Assembly: GCA_913056385.1 (NCBI GenBank)
Contig: CAJXND010000002.1
Location: 47,108-111,107, forward strand
Origin: an uncultured Ectothiorhodospiraceae bacterium
GTDB lineage: Bacteria; Pseudomonadota; Gammaproteobacteria; Nitrococcales; Nitrococcaceae
DNA length: 64,000 nucleotides
Direction: 5' to 3'
A program made the position numbers and the translations under genes. The notes under the pieces were generated by a model. That model did not search any database. It had not been told where the DNA came from and saw only the letters and a program-made list of their open reading frames with translations. Every line of letters starts with the position of its first letter. Within the stretch, counting starts at the first letter, position 1. Positions 1 through 10,473 of the stretch are shown here, piece by piece.

Positions 1-1
1 C

Positions 2-382
2 GCGCGACCGGCGGTGACGCCGGTTGCTATCCGGCGCTTGATCGAGGCCGTCGGCGATGATCCCGATGGCGGGCTGCTGGCCGTCCCGGTCCGCGATACC
101 CTCAAGCGCGCCGACGAACACGGACGCGTCAGCGAAACAGCGGATCGAACGGGGTTGTGGCAGGCCATGACGCCTCAGCTCTTCCCCCTGGGGCGGCTGC
201 ACGAGGCGCTGGTCGCCTGCACCGATACGGCGGTGACCGACGAGGCCCAGGCGATGGAGCGCAGAGGCGCCCGGCCACGACTGGTGATCGGCGACCCGGG
301 TAACATCAAATACACCTACCCCGACGATGCACGCTGGCTGGCGCACGCGCTGGAGGATCAACAAAGGGGGGCCAGCGGATGA
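2..382 (+). CDS. ispD: 2-C-methyl-D-erythritol 4-phosphate cytidylyltransferase (C-terminal part; begins before window)
   Basis: Motifs [35 protein letters not shown]; frame open to window edge; overlaps ispF start. Confidence 0.93.
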   Translation, partial: ARPAVTPVAIRRLIEAVGDDPDGGLLAVPVRDTLKRADEHGRVSETADRTGLWQAMTPQLFPLGRLHEALVACTDTAVTDEAQAMERRGARPRLVIGDPGNIKYTYPDDARWLAHALEDQQRGASG

Positions 383-855
383 TGCGGATTGGCCAGGGCG
401 TGGACGCCCATCGACTGGTGCCGGATCGCGAGCTGATTCTGGGTGGTGTCCATATAGAATTCGGTGAGGGGCTTGCCGCGCACTCCGATGGCGATGTCCT
501 GCTGCATGCGATCAGCGATGCGCTGCTCGGGGCGGCTGGCGCCGGTGATATCGGCCGCCATTTCCCGGACACGGATGCCGCCTATGCCGGGATCGACAGT
601 CGTATTCTGCTGCGGCAGGTGATGTCTGAGCTGAGCGGACGCGGCTGGCGCGTGATCAACGTGGACGCCACGGTGATCGCCCAGCGCCCGAAGCTCCGGC
701 CCTATATCGACGCCATGACGGCGAATGTTGCGGCGGATCTGGCGGTTGCTGCCGACCGCGTGAACCTCAAGGCGACCACCATGGAGTGGATGGGCTTTAC
801 GGGGCGTGGTGAGGGGATTGCCGCCACGGCCGTGGCAATGATCGAGGGCACGTGA
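379..855 (+). CDS. ispF: 2-C-methyl-D-erythritol 2,4-cyclodiphosphate synthase
   Basis: [48 protein letters not shown]; follows ispD. Confidence 0.97.
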   Translation: MMRIGQGVDAHRLVPDRELILGGVHIEFGEGLAAHSDGDVLLHAISDALLGAAGAGDIGRHFPDTDAAYAGIDSRILLRQVMSELSGRGWRVINVDATVIAQRPKLRPYIDAMTANVAADLAVAADRVNLKATTMEWMGFTGRGEGIAATAVAMIEGT

Positions 856-1910
856 TTATTCTGCCCGAATGGTCCAGAGCCTGGGGTGGGCCGCTGGGTC
901 ATGCCCGCGTTGCGTCGCTGCCGGAAGACTTTCAGGTGGACGAACGCCTCGGTTTCGAGCCTGAGGGAGAGGGGCCCCATCTGCTGGTGCACATTCGCAA
1001 GCGGCGCCTGTCCACGGCCCGCGCGATCCAGGCGCTGGCGCGGCACTGGCAGGTGGAAAGGCGTCAGATGGGGTATGCGGGGCGCAAGGACCGGCATGCA
1101 CTCACCACCCAGTGGTTGTCGGTGCCCTGGCCGCCCGGGGCACCTCTGCCACCCGCGGGATCGATTCCCCTGGAGCACGATCCGGATGCCGGCCTCGAGG
1201 TCATCAGGATGATGCGTCACCGGCGCAAACTGCCGGTGGGGGCGCTGACCGGCAATGACTTCCGCCTCACGCTACGGGATGTCGGGGCGTCCGCCGACGC
1301 ATTGCAGGCGCGGGTCGTCAGGATTGCCCGATATGGCGTTCCCAACTACTTCGGCCCACAGCGGTTCGGGCGGGACGGCGAGAATCTCGTGCGGGCCCGC
1401 CAATGGTTCGCCGGTGAGGTCAGGCCGCGCTCGCGCAACGACCGCAGCATGCTGCTCTCGGCCGCCCGGGCCGCCGCTTTCAACGCCATCCTGGACGCCC
1501 GCGTGAAGGCCGATGACTGGTGCGGCGCCGAACCCGGGGAGATCCTGACGCTGGATGGACGGGGCAGCGTATTCATGGCGGAATCGGGCGATGCCCGGCA
1601 TAACCGCTTGCGGGCCGCCGGTCTGCGCGTGCATCCGACGGGGCCACTGCCCGGCCGGCCGGGCCGGGGCCTCGAGCTGCCCGCGTCCCTGGCCGCGCGG
1701 GAGCGCGCGGTCCTGCAGGACTGGGACGGTCTGGTGGAGGGGCTCATCGACAGGGGTCTCGAGGCGGCGCGCCGGGCCCTGCGCCTGAGTGTGGGGGCAC
1801 TCGCCGTCAGGCGCCTGGATGGGCAGACCTGGCAACTGTCCTTCCGGCTGATGCGCGGTGCCTATGCCACGACCGTGCTCCGCGAGCTGATCGACTGGGA
1901 TGACGGCTGA
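852..1910 (+). CDS. truD: tRNA pseudouridine(13) synthase TruD
   Basis: [54 protein letters not shown]; ispD-ispF-truD order. Confidence 0.95.
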   Translation: MIILPEWSRAWGGPLGHARVASLPEDFQVDERLGFEPEGEGPHLLVHIRKRRLSTARAIQALARHWQVERRQMGYAGRKDRHALTTQWLSVPWPPGAPLPPAGSIPLEHDPDAGLEVIRMMRHRRKLPVGALTGNDFRLTLRDVGASADALQARVVRIARYGVPNYFGPQRFGRDGENLVRARQWFAGEVRPRSRNDRSMLLSAARAAAFNAILDARVKADDWCGAEPGEILTLDGRGSVFMAESGDARHNRLRAAGLRVHPTGPLPGRPGRGLELPASLAARERAVLQDWDGLVEGLIDRGLEAARRALRLSVGALAVRRLDGQTWQLSFRLMRGAYATTVLRELIDWDDG

Positions 1911-2486
1911 TCAGCGTCGCAGGAGGACGTAGAGTGCGCCGGTTCCCCCGTCCACCGGACGGGCCGAGCAGAAGGCAAGGACGTCATCGCGCTGCCGGAG
2001 CCAGCGGTCGACCTGACCCTTGAGGACCGGTCCCGCATTGGATGAGCGACGACCCTTGCCATGAATCACCCGGATGCAGCCGAGATGCCGGCGGTGGCAT
2101 TCATTGAGGAAATCGGTCAGCAGGCGGCGCGCGGAATCCACCGTCTGTCCGTGCAGGTCGAGCTCGGCCATGACACTGAACTCACCGCGACGAAGCCGCC
2201 GCAGTGTCCGGCGCTGCAGTCCGGGCCGCGCATAGGCCAGGGCCTCACCAAGCTCTGCGCCCAGTTCACTGCCATCGCGCTCGCCGTGGGCAAGCTCCCG
2301 CAGCACGGCGCGGTCATCGGCATGGCGCTGGCCGGGCACGGGCGGCGGGCGTCGCCGCCGCAGTTCGGCGTTCTGACGGGTACGAATCGGTCGCACGTCG
2401 GCCATCGCGGCACGAAAAAGCGCGGTATCGGGGTCCTCGTCATGCATTGCTGGCTCCCGTGGCGCTTCCGGATCGGTATAGTACAC
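1911..2486 (-). CDS. Smr/MutS2 C-terminal domain protein (SmrA-like endonuclease)
   Basis: [31 protein letters not shown]; start may be Met14 (MHDED). Confidence 0.9.
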   Translation of the reverse strand: MYYTDPEAPREPAMHDEDPDTALFRAAMADVRPIRTRQNAELRRRRPPPVPGQRHADDRAVLRELAHGERDGSELGAELGEALAYARPGLQRRTLRRLRRGEFSVMAELDLHGQTVDSARRLLTDFLNECHRRHLGCIRVIHGKGRRSSNAGPVLKGQVDRWLRQRDDVLAFCSARPVDGGTGALYVLLRR

Positions 2487-2517
2487 GGGCGGTAGCGCAA
2501 GGAGAAAAGAGCATCAC

Positions 2518-3267
2518 ATGAGGATTCTCGTCAGCAACGACGACGGTTACCGTTCCACCGGTATCGGCACACTCGCGGCGGCGCTCGCCGAACGGGCCGA
2601 AGTCACCGTGGTGGCCCCCGAACGGGATCGGAGCGGGGCCAGTAATTCCCTGACGCTCGACTGGCCGGTCCGTGTCCAGGAAGCCTCGCCGGGGGTGTAC
2701 GGCGTTGAGGGGACACCGACCGACTGCGTGCATCTGGCCATCACGGGGCTGCTCGACGCGCTGCCGGACATGGTGGTCTCCGGGATCAATGCCGGGGGCA
2801 ACCTCGGCGATGATGTGCTCTACAGCGGAACCGTGGCCGCCGCGATGGAGGGCCGGACACTCGGCCTGCCAGCGATCGCCATCTCTCTCGTCGGCAGCCA
2901 CCCCCGGCACTATGACACCGCGGCCGAGGTGGCGCGCCGGCTGATGGATCGATTGCATCACGAGCCGCTGCCGGCCGATACGATTCTCAACGTCAATGTC
3001 CCCGACCGGCCATGGGACGGCATCGGTGGCATTGAGGCGACCCGCCTGGGCCAGCGCCATCGGGCGGAAGCGGCAATTCATGACCTGGACCCCAAGGGTC
3101 GCAGCATCTACTGGATTGGACCGCCGGGTGCGGAACAGGATGCCGGGCCGGGGACGGATTTCGATGCCATTAACCGCGGATTCGTCTCGGTAACGCCCAT
3201 CGAGGTCGATCTGACCCGCTATCCGGCCCTCGACCAGGTCGCGGGCTGGATCCAGGGACTGCGTTGA
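2518..3267 (+). CDS. surE: 5'/3'-nucleotidase SurE
   Basis: [47 protein letters not shown]. Confidence 0.97.
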   Translation: MRILVSNDDGYRSTGIGTLAAALAERAEVTVVAPERDRSGASNSLTLDWPVRVQEASPGVYGVEGTPTDCVHLAITGLLDALPDMVVSGINAGGNLGDDVLYSGTVAAAMEGRTLGLPAIAISLVGSHPRHYDTAAEVARRLMDRLHHEPLPADTILNVNVPDRPWDGIGGIEATRLGQRHRAEAAIHDLDPKGRSIYWIGPPGAEQDAGPGTDFDAINRGFVSVTPIEVDLTRYPALDQVAGWIQGLR

Positions 3268-3929
3268 TGGACGGATACCGCCTGCAGGGCATCGGGATGA
3301 CCTCGCGCCGGACGCGGGAGCGCCTTGCGGCCCGCCTTGGTGATGCCGGGATCCGCGATGTCCATGTGCTCAATATTATCCGCCAGCTCCCGCGACACCT
3401 GTTCGTCGACGAGGCACTCGCCTCCCGGGCGTACGAGGACACGGCCCTGCCCATCGGTCATGGACAGACGATATCGCAACCCTTTGTGGTTGCCCGCATG
3501 ACGGAAATTCTCATCCGAAACGGCGTTCCGGAGCGCGTGCTCGAGGTCGGGACGGGATCCGGCTATCAGGCGGCGGTGCTCTCTGCCCTGGTCGAGCGCG
3601 TGCACACCATCGAACGAATCCGGGCGCTACACGAGCGAAGCCGGCGACTGTTCCGCCAGCTCGCCATTACCAATATCCGCCAGCGCCTCGGTGACGGGCA
3701 TGCGGGCTGGTCCACCGCGGCTCCCTTCGATGCGATTATCCTGACTGCGGCGCCCCAGGCGATTCCCCAGGTGCTGTTCGAGCAGCTCGGCGAGGGCGGG
3801 AAGTTGCTGGCACCAGTGGGCGATGGCGACGCTCAGGAGCTGCGGGTCTACCACCGCGACGGAGAGGCCCTCGTGGAAGAGGCCGTTGAGTCGGTGAGCT
3901 TCGTGCCCATGCTGGGTGGCACCGAGTAA
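3267..3929 (+). CDS. pcm: Protein-L-isoaspartate O-methyltransferase
   Basis: PRHLFV, ALPIGHGQTISQP, VLEVGTGSGYQAA, PFDAII; ATG overlaps surE stop (TGATG). Confidence 0.96.
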   Translation: MDGYRLQGIGMTSRRTRERLAARLGDAGIRDVHVLNIIRQLPRHLFVDEALASRAYEDTALPIGHGQTISQPFVVARMTEILIRNGVPERVLEVGTGSGYQAAVLSALVERVHTIERIRALHERSRRLFRQLAITNIRQRLGDGHAGWSTAAPFDAIILTAAPQAIPQVLFEQLGEGGKLLAPVGDGDAQELRVYHRDGEALVEEAVESVSFVPMLGGTE

Positions 3930-4507
3930 TGCCGCTTTTTACGGCCCTATATGATCGCGTGCTTCGCTGGTCGGCTCACCGCCGGGCGCCCTGGCTACTC
4001 GGTGCCCTCAGCTTTGCCGAATCGTCTTTCTTTCCGATTCCGCCGGACGTCATGCTGGCGCCGATGAGCATTGCGCGCCCCAGGAATGCGGTCCGTCTGG
4101 CCACCATCACGACACTGACTTCGGTCGCCGGCGGGATCCTCGGTTATCTGATCGGACTGCTGGGGTTGGAGCTGGTTCTTCCACTGATAGTCGACGCCGG
4201 CTATGAACCGGCCTATGAGCAGGCCCGGTCCTGGTTCACGCAGTGGGGTTTCTGGGTGGTCCTGGTGGCGGGCTTCTCGCCGATCCCGTACAAGGTGTTC
4301 ACCATTGCCGCGGGCGCCATGGCGGTAGCCTGGTTGCCGTTTGTGATCGCCTCGCTGCTCGGACGCGGTGCGAGGTTTTACCTGGTGGCCACGCTGCTTG
4401 CATGGGGCGGCCCGCGCGCCGAGCCATGGCTGCGTCGTTACATGGAGCGAATCGGGTGGTTGAGTGTCATCCTCCTGCTGATGATCGTGCTCGCGCTGTC
4501 GCTCTGA
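3929..4507 (+). CDS. yqaA: YqaA family (DedA/VTT) membrane protein
   Basis: SFAESSFFPIPPDVML, AGFSPIPYKVFTI, GRGARF; usual pcm-yqaA-nlpD position. Confidence 0.9.
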   Translation: MPLFTALYDRVLRWSAHRRAPWLLGALSFAESSFFPIPPDVMLAPMSIARPRNAVRLATITTLTSVAGGILGYLIGLLGLELVLPLIVDAGYEPAYEQARSWFTQWGFWVVLVAGFSPIPYKVFTIAAGAMAVAWLPFVIASLLGRGARFYLVATLLAWGGPRAEPWLRRYMERIGWLSVILLLMIVLALSL

Positions 4508-5253
4508 GTCGGTGGTTCGCCCTGGCGTCGCTGCTTCTCGTGCTCGCCGGTTGCAGCGAATTCGACTATGCGTCTGATCGCCAACTGCGCGAGGCCGGTA
4601 TCAGTGCGGGCACACCGGAGGTCCATACCGTTCGCGAGGGTGACACGCTCTACCAGATTGCCTGGGCCTATGGGCTCGACTTCCGTGACGTGGCACGCTG
4701 GAACTCGATAAGCGAACCCTACGTGATCTATCCCGGTCAGCGATTGCGTCTGCGTCCTGGCCAGGGCGGCACGGGCCGAGCGGCAGTCGCTGTCGCACCG
4801 GAGACCTCCCGCGGTTCGCGCAACCGGGCGGACCGGGAACCGGACGAGCGACGGCCCGCAGTCGCCTCGCGAGAGCCCTTGACCGGTCCGGTGGCATGGC
4901 AGTGGCCGTCCGAGGGAAGGCTCGTCCGCCGTTATGACCCGGGGGCACTCGGCAAACGCGGTATCGGCATCGCAGGGGCCCCGGGCAGTCCCGTGAAGGC
5001 GGCCGGTACCGGCGATGTGGTCTACAGCGGGGACGGGCTGACTGGATACGGCAATCTGGTCATCATCAAGCATAACGAGCGGTTCCTGACCGCCTACGGC
5101 TATAATCGGGAGCTGCTGGTGGAGGAGGGTGACCGGGTCCGCGCCGGGCAGACCATCGCCCGAATGGGCGCCAGCGGCCAGCGCCCCGGCGAGCTGCATT
5201 TCGAGTTGCGGGAGCGCGGCGAGCCAGTCAATCCGGTGAGCTATCTGCCGTAG
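4456..5253 (+). CDS. nlpD: LysM + M23 peptidase-family lipoprotein (NlpD-like); start uncertain (GTG 4456 or CTG 4504)
   Basis: Lipobox LAGC, LysM HTVREGDTLYQIAW, M23 GYGNLVIIKH...LHFE; the 4243 start in the ORF track overlaps yqaA by >250 nt and is rejected. Confidence 0.88.
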   Translation: MVECHPPADDRARAVALSRWFALASLLLVLAGCSEFDYASDRQLREAGISAGTPEVHTVREGDTLYQIAWAYGLDFRDVARWNSISEPYVIYPGQRLRLRPGQGGTGRAAVAVAPETSRGSRNRADREPDERRPAVASREPLTGPVAWQWPSEGRLVRRYDPGALGKRGIGIAGAPGSPVKAAGTGDVVYSGDGLTGYGNLVIIKHNERFLTAYGYNRELLVEEGDRVRAGQTIARMGASGQRPGELHFELRERGEPVNPVSYLP

Positions 5254-5262
5254 CGTCGCGGC

Positions 5263-5637
5263 TCAGCGTTCGATGATGAGCGCGGCGACCACGCGACGCC
5301 CCTCGGACATCAGCACATTGTACGTACGGCAGGCCGACGCGGTATCCATGATCTCAAGGCCAATACCGGCCTGGAGCAGGCCGAGCATCAGTTCGCGATC
5401 CGGAAACGTCTGCCGGGCGCCGGTCCCCAGCAGTACCACCTCGGGCTCGAGATCGTGGACCGCCGCCAGATGTTCATCGCTGAGCGTCTGCAGGGAGCCG
5501 GGTCCCCATTCGGTGACCAGTGTATCGGGGGTCACCAGGAGGCTCTCCGCATAGCGGACATCGTTGATGCGGATCTCGCCATCCGAATAACCCTGAATAT
5601 GGTAGGCGCCCTCGGCACCGTCTAGGCTCATTTTCAT
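5263..5637 (-). CDS. Mth938-like domain protein (DUF498)
   Basis: PEVVLLGTGARQTFP, GLEIMDTASACRTYNVLMSEGRRVVAAL; start at MKMSL. Confidence 0.9.
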   Translation of the reverse strand: MKMSLDGAEGAYHIQGYSDGEIRINDVRYAESLLVTPDTLVTEWGPGSLQTLSDEHLAAVHDLEPEVVLLGTGARQTFPDRELMLGLLQAGIGLEIMDTASACRTYNVLMSEGRRVVAALIIER

Positions 5638-5696
5638 GACGGCACGATAGCGAGCGGCGAGGGTATGGGGCAAGCCGGGTCGAGGGGCGGCTTGAT

Positions 5697-5725
5697 TTGA
5701 CACCGGCAGGGGGCAATTTTAGCGT
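5697..5725 (+). promoter_or_regulatory. Sigma70-type promoter for alaC-hom-thrC operon
   Basis: TTGACA (5697-5702), 17-nt spacer, TAGCGT (5720-5725); GGAGG RBS before ATG 5763. Confidence 0.6.
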
Positions 5726-5762
5726 TCACCGTTTATCATGACGGGACGCGGAGGTTTTCCGC

Positions 5763-6986
5763 ATGCACACTCAACCATCGGCCCGGGGTACTGCCTTGAA
5801 CGAGGAATTCCAGCGCATCAAGCGCCTCCCGCCCTACGTGTTCAATATCGTCAATGAACTCAAGGCCCAGGCCCGCGCCCGGGGCGAGGACATCGTCGAC
5901 TTCGGCATGGGCAATCCGGACCTCCCGACCCCGCGGCACATCGTTGACAAGCTGGTCGAGGCCGCTCAGCGGCCGGATACCCACCGCTATTCCATGTCCC
6001 GCGGCATACCGCGTCTGCGCCGGGCCATCACGCGCTGGTATCACAGCCGCTACAACGTGGCGCTCGACCCGGAGACCGAAGCGATCGTGACCATCGGCTC
6101 CAAGGAGGGGCTTGCGCATCTGGCCCTCGCCACACTGGGCCCCGGGGATGCGGTCCTGGTCCCCAATCCGGCCTATCCGATTCACCCCTATGGCGTGGTC
6201 ATCGCCGGGGCGGATATCCGTCATGTCCCGTTGGTCGAGGGTGGGGATTTCTTCACCGAGCTGGAGAAGGCCATCAAGGACACCTGGCCCAAGCCGAAGA
6301 TGCTGATCATCAACTTCCCGGCCAACCCGACGGCGCAATGCGTCGATCTGGGTTTCTTCGAGCGGGTGGTAGAGATATGCCGCGAACATGGCATCTGGGT
6401 CGTCCATGATCTCGCCTACGCCGATCTGGTCTACGACGGCTATGAGGCGCCTTCGATCCTCCAGGTGCCGGGCGCACGCGAGGTGGCGGTGGAGTCGTTC
6501 TCGTTGTCGAAGAGCTACAACATGCCGGGCTGGCGCGTGGGTTTTCTGTGCGGCAATGACAAGCTGATCGCAGCCCTCGCGCGGATGAAGTCATACCTCG
6601 ACTACGGGATGTTCACGCCGATCCAGGTAGCGGCAATCCAGGCGCTGGAAGGGCCTCAGGAGTGCGTCAGCGAGATTCGGGAAACCTACCAGGGCCGGCG
6701 CGACGTGCTGTGCGACGGCCTCGAGGCAGCGGGCTGGCCGGTGACGCGGCCCAAGGCGACGATGTTCGCCTGGGCGCGCATTCCGGAACCCTATCGCGAC
6801 ATGGGATCGCTGGAGTTCGCCAAGAAGCTGTTGCGCGACGCCGGTGTGGCGGTATCACCCGGCATCGGCTTCGGCGAGTACGGTGACGAATACGTCCGTT
6901 TTGGTCTTATCGAGAATCAGCATCGGACACGGCAGGCCGTGCGCGGCATCAAGCAGATGCTGCGGCGGGATGGTCATGGGCAGTAA
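5763..6986 (+). CDS. alaC: PLP-dependent alanine transaminase (class I/II, AlaC/YfdZ)
   Basis: [28 protein letters not shown] lysine in [14 protein letters not shown]. Confidence 0.93.
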   Translation: MHTQPSARGTALNEEFQRIKRLPPYVFNIVNELKAQARARGEDIVDFGMGNPDLPTPRHIVDKLVEAAQRPDTHRYSMSRGIPRLRRAITRWYHSRYNVALDPETEAIVTIGSKEGLAHLALATLGPGDAVLVPNPAYPIHPYGVVIAGADIRHVPLVEGGDFFTELEKAIKDTWPKPKMLIINFPANPTAQCVDLGFFERVVEICREHGIWVVHDLAYADLVYDGYEAPSILQVPGAREVAVESFSLSKSYNMPGWRVGFLCGNDKLIAALARMKSYLDYGMFTPIQVAAIQALEGPQECVSEIRETYQGRRDVLCDGLEAAGWPVTRPKATMFAWARIPEPYRDMGSLEFAKKLLRDAGVAVSPGIGFGEYGDEYVRFGLIENQHRTRQAVRGIKQMLRRDGHGQ

Positions 6987-7005
6987 AGAAAAGGGAGATA
7001 ACCTC

Positions 7006-8316
7006 TTGGATCCGGTAAAGGTCGGGGTGCTTGGACTGGGGACGGTTGGCGGTGGCACCGTCAATCTGCTGGAACGCAATCGTGATGAAATCACCCGTCG
7101 CGCGGGCCGGCCCATCGATGTGGTGCGGGCCGCGGCTCGCCATCCCGCTCGTCCGCGGACGTGCAGCACCGAGAATATCCATCTCGACTATGACGCCTAT
7201 GCCGTCGTGGATGACCCGTCCATCGAAATCGTGGTCGAGCTCATCGGTGGTGAAACCCTGGCCAAGGAACTGATCCTGCGAGCCATTGATAACGGCAAGC
7301 ATGTCGTCACCGCCAACAAGGCGCTGATCGCCCTGCACGGCAACGAGATTTTCTCTCGGGCGCGGGAGAAGGGCGTGACCATCGGTTTCGAGGCGGCCGT
7401 TGCGGGCGGGATCCCGATCATCAAGGCGGTCCGCGAGGGGTTGGTCGGCAACCGGATCGAGTGGCTCGCCGGTATTATCAACGGCACCAGCAACTTCATT
7501 CTGACCGAAATGCTCTACGCCGGCCGTGCCTTCGGCGACGTCCTGGCCGAGGCACAGCGGCTTGGCTATGCCGAAGCCGATCCCACCTTCGATGTCGAGG
7601 GTGTCGACGCGGCACACAAGCTCACTATTCTGGCCTCAATCGCATTCGGGATTCCGCTGCAGTTCGACAAGGTATTCATGGAAGGCATCGGCCAGATCAG
7701 TACCGACGATGTCGCCTATGCCTCGGAGCTGGGCTTCCGCATCAAGCATCTGGGTATCTGCCGGCGGGAGGGGGATGGTATCGGCCTGCGGGTCCATCCC
7801 ACGCTCCTGCCGGAGCGCCAGCTCCTCGCCAACGTGGACGGTGTGATGAACGCCGTCATGGTGAATGCCGACCCGCTGGGACCCACGCTCTACTACGGGG
7901 CCGGCGCCGGTGCCGAGCCGACGGCCTCGGCCGTGGTGGCCGATCTGGTGGACGTGGTCCGGGAATTCACCCTGGAGCCCGAGAATCGGGTCCCTTATCT
8001 GGCCTTCCAGTCGCACTCGCTCTCGGATGAGCCCGTGGTCGGCATGGACGCCGTGGAGACCGCCTATTACCTCCGCGTCGAGGCGCAGGACGAGCCCGGT
8101 GTGCTGGCCGATATCACCGGCATTCTCAGCAATGCCGGGATCAGTATCGAGGCGGTCATCCAGAAGCAGCCGGCCCCGGGTGCGGAGACGGTACCGGTGA
8201 TCCTGCTCACCCATCGCGTGCGCGAGGCGCGCATGAACGAGGCCTGTGAGCGTATCGAGGCGCTGGAGGCCATCCATGGCAGTATCACGCGGATTCGTGT
8301 GGAGGCACTCCTGTGA
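7006..8316 (+). CDS. hom: Homoserine dehydrogenase with C-terminal ACT domain
   Basis: [47 protein letters not shown]; TTG start at 7006 after GGGAGA RBS. Confidence 0.96.
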   Translation: MDPVKVGVLGLGTVGGGTVNLLERNRDEITRRAGRPIDVVRAAARHPARPRTCSTENIHLDYDAYAVVDDPSIEIVVELIGGETLAKELILRAIDNGKHVVTANKALIALHGNEIFSRAREKGVTIGFEAAVAGGIPIIKAVREGLVGNRIEWLAGIINGTSNFILTEMLYAGRAFGDVLAEAQRLGYAEADPTFDVEGVDAAHKLTILASIAFGIPLQFDKVFMEGIGQISTDDVAYASELGFRIKHLGICRREGDGIGLRVHPTLLPERQLLANVDGVMNAVMVNADPLGPTLYYGAGAGAEPTASAVVADLVDVVREFTLEPENRVPYLAFQSHSLSDEPVVGMDAVETAYYLRVEAQDEPGVLADITGILSNAGISIEAVIQKQPAPGAETVPVILLTHRVREARMNEACERIEALEAIHGSITRIRVEALL

Positions 8317-9452
8317 GCGACCAGAACCGCTATACCGGCCTGATCGGCGCTTATGGCGACCGGCTCCCGCTTGCCGACAATGCACGCCCGATCAGTCTCG
8401 GCGAGGGCAATACCCCGCTGATTCGCCTCGAGAACCTGCCGACGGCGCTCAGTCATGACGTCGAGCTGTACGTCAAGTACGAGGGGCTCAATCCCACCGG
8501 GTCGTTCAAGGATCGGGGCATGACGGTGGCCGTGACCCAGGCCGTGGCCGAGGGGAGCGAGGCCATCATCTGCGCCTCCACCGGCAACACTTCGGCGTCG
8601 GCGGCGGCCTATGCCGCCCGGGCGGGCATCAAGGCATTCGTGCTCATCCCGGATGGCAAGATCGCCATGGGCAAGCTTGCCCAGGCCATCATGCACGGTG
8701 CCGAGGTGCTCCAGATCCGCGGCAATTTCGACGACGGCATGCGGATCGTCAAGGAAATGGCGGAGCAGGCGCCGGTCAGCCTGGTCAATTCGGTGAATCC
8801 CTATCGCCTTCAGGGCCAGAAGACCGCGGCGTTCGAGATCTGTGAGGCGCTCGGCAGAGCCCCGGACTATCACTGCCTGCCGGTGGGTAATGCCGGCAAC
8901 ATCACCGCGTACTGGATGGGCTACAGCGAAATGGCGCTTGCCCCGGGCCGAAAGGGAACACAGGCCTGTGGTTTCTGTAACGGCGACTGTGCCTATCACC
9001 AGGGCCGCGTGGAGGGTCGCCCGGTTATGGTGGGCTACCAGGCAAGCGGATCGGCCCCGTTCCTGCGTGGCGGGCCTGTCACCCATCCCGAGACGGTGGC
9101 CACCGCCATCCGGATCGGGGCGCCGCAGAGTTGGGATTACGCGCTCACCGCATCGCGGGAGTCCGGCGGCTGGTTTGACGAGTTTGCCGATGAGGCGATC
9201 CTCGAGGCCCAGTGGTTGCTCGCAAGCCGCGAGGGCATATTCTGTGAGCCGGCCTCGGCGGTCTCGGTGGCCGGCGCCATGCGGGATGTCGAGAACGGAC
9301 GGATTCCGCCCGGCAGCCGGGTGGTCTGCACATTGACCGGCCATGGATTGAAGGACCCGGATGTCGCCCAGCGGCATGCCGAGGCGGCCGTGACGACGGT
9401 GGACGCCGATTCCCCGGCGGTTCGGCAGGCGATTCTCGGCAAGATGGCCTGA
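8313..9452 (+). CDS. thrC: Threonine synthase (short, Bacillus/Mycobacterium-like class) with Cys-rich insertion
   Basis: [39 protein letters not shown]; GTGA overlap with hom. Confidence 0.96.
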   Translation: MSDQNRYTGLIGAYGDRLPLADNARPISLGEGNTPLIRLENLPTALSHDVELYVKYEGLNPTGSFKDRGMTVAVTQAVAEGSEAIICASTGNTSASAAAYAARAGIKAFVLIPDGKIAMGKLAQAIMHGAEVLQIRGNFDDGMRIVKEMAEQAPVSLVNSVNPYRLQGQKTAAFEICEALGRAPDYHCLPVGNAGNITAYWMGYSEMALAPGRKGTQACGFCNGDCAYHQGRVEGRPVMVGYQASGSAPFLRGGPVTHPETVATAIRIGAPQSWDYALTASRESGGWFDEFADEAILEAQWLLASREGIFCEPASAVSVAGAMRDVENGRIPPGSRVVCTLTGHGLKDPDVAQRHAEAAVTTVDADSPAVRQAILGKMA

Positions 9453-9456
9453 GTCC

Positions 9457-10473
9457 ATGGCGGGACGCGGCGAGCTGATCTGCCTGGCCCCGGCGCTGCT
9501 GGGTCCTGTGCCGGCCACGCTGGCCGATGCCCTCCCGGCTGCGGGCCCTTTTCCGGTGCTGGAGGCACTGCTTGGCAAGTCCGTCCGGCGCGCGGGATCG
9601 CGTTCCGACGGAGAAGGGCTGCTGTGCGCACTGGCCGAGCCGGCGCCGCCGGTGGGGGGGCTGTTGGCCTCCGGGTTCGGCATCGAGGGGGAGCGGGTCT
9701 GCTACCGCGCCGCACCCACGCATCTGCGCCCGGATCGGGATCGGCTGCTGCTGTTTGCCGGTGATGCTCTCGATTCACCCGCCGCTGAAGCAGAACATAT
9801 TTGCCGTGATTTCAATGAGCTGTTCGCGGAAGATGGAATTTCACTTCAGTTTCGGGATGGTGAATGGCTGCTGATTGCCGAGTCGGCGCCGGGGCCGGAT
9901 CTGCCGCCGCTCTCGGCGGTTGCCGGCCGCTATCTGGATACCGTCATCCCGAACGACGCCGCGGCGCGGCCCTGGCGGAAGCTGCTCAACGAAGTGCAGA
10001 TGTTCCTGCATGACCACCCGGTTAATACCGCTCGACAGTCGCGGGGGGAATTGCCGGTCAACGGACTCTGGTTCTGGGGCGGCGGGTCGGGCAATGACGA
10101 GCGTCTGAATGTGCCGGCGCATGTCATCCATGGTGATGACGCCCTGGCACGGGGACTGGCCCGGAGCAGCAGCGATGTCGAATACATACGGGATCTTCCG
10201 CCTGCCGGCTCGCTGGCGGAAGCCGGCTCGGCGGTATTCGTCTGGCCCGATGCGGAGCGTGCCCTCCTTGGCGGGGATGCGGAGGCGTGGCTGGGCGCCC
10301 TGCAGCGGTTCGAGGGCGGAGTCGCGAGAATCCTCCGTGATCTCGTCTTCGAATACGGCGGTCGGGTTGAGCTTCGCTCGGCCAATGGTTGGACGCACCT
10401 CATCACCCCCGGCGACCGATGGCGATTGTGGCGCCGGCCGCGGGCGCTCAGGGAATGGCTGGTGGTCGAATGA
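9457..10473 (+). CDS. Degenerate phosphoglycerate-mutase-like (ApgM/RpfE-like) protein
   Basis: NEVQMFLHDHPVN..R..RGELPVNGLWFWGGG motif; lies directly upstream of recJ like Xanthomonas rpfE (recalled synteny). Confidence 0.7.
   Translation: MAGRGELICLAPALLGPVPATLADALPAAGPFPVLEALLGKSVRRAGSRSDGEGLLCALAEPAPPVGGLLASGFGIEGERVCYRAAPTHLRPDRDRLLLFAGDALDSPAAEAEHICRDFNELFAEDGISLQFRDGEWLLIAESAPGPDLPPLSAVAGRYLDTVIPNDAAARPWRKLLNEVQMFLHDHPVNTARQSRGELPVNGLWFWGGGSGNDERLNVPAHVIHGDDALARGLARSSSDVEYIRDLPPAGSLAEAGSAVFVWPDAERALLGGDAEAWLGALQRFEGGVARILRDLVFEYGGRVELRSANGWTHLITPGDRWRLWRRPRALREWLVVE

Noticed and set aside
1911-2486. Truncated MutS2 pseudogene
   Set aside because: Stand-alone Smr proteins of this size are a normal intact family; the ORF is uninterrupted
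5726-5762. Threonine attenuator/leader peptide before alaC-hom-thrC
   Set aside because: No Thr/Ile-rich short ORF or terminator hairpin between the promoter and the RBS
8067-9683. Long antisense ORFs (8067-9683, 37853-39343, 55296-56669, 24313-25650, 31183-32316 and many shorter)
   Set aside because: Lie opposite well-supported genes, have no motifs, and are expected from stop-codon scarcity in high-GC DNA
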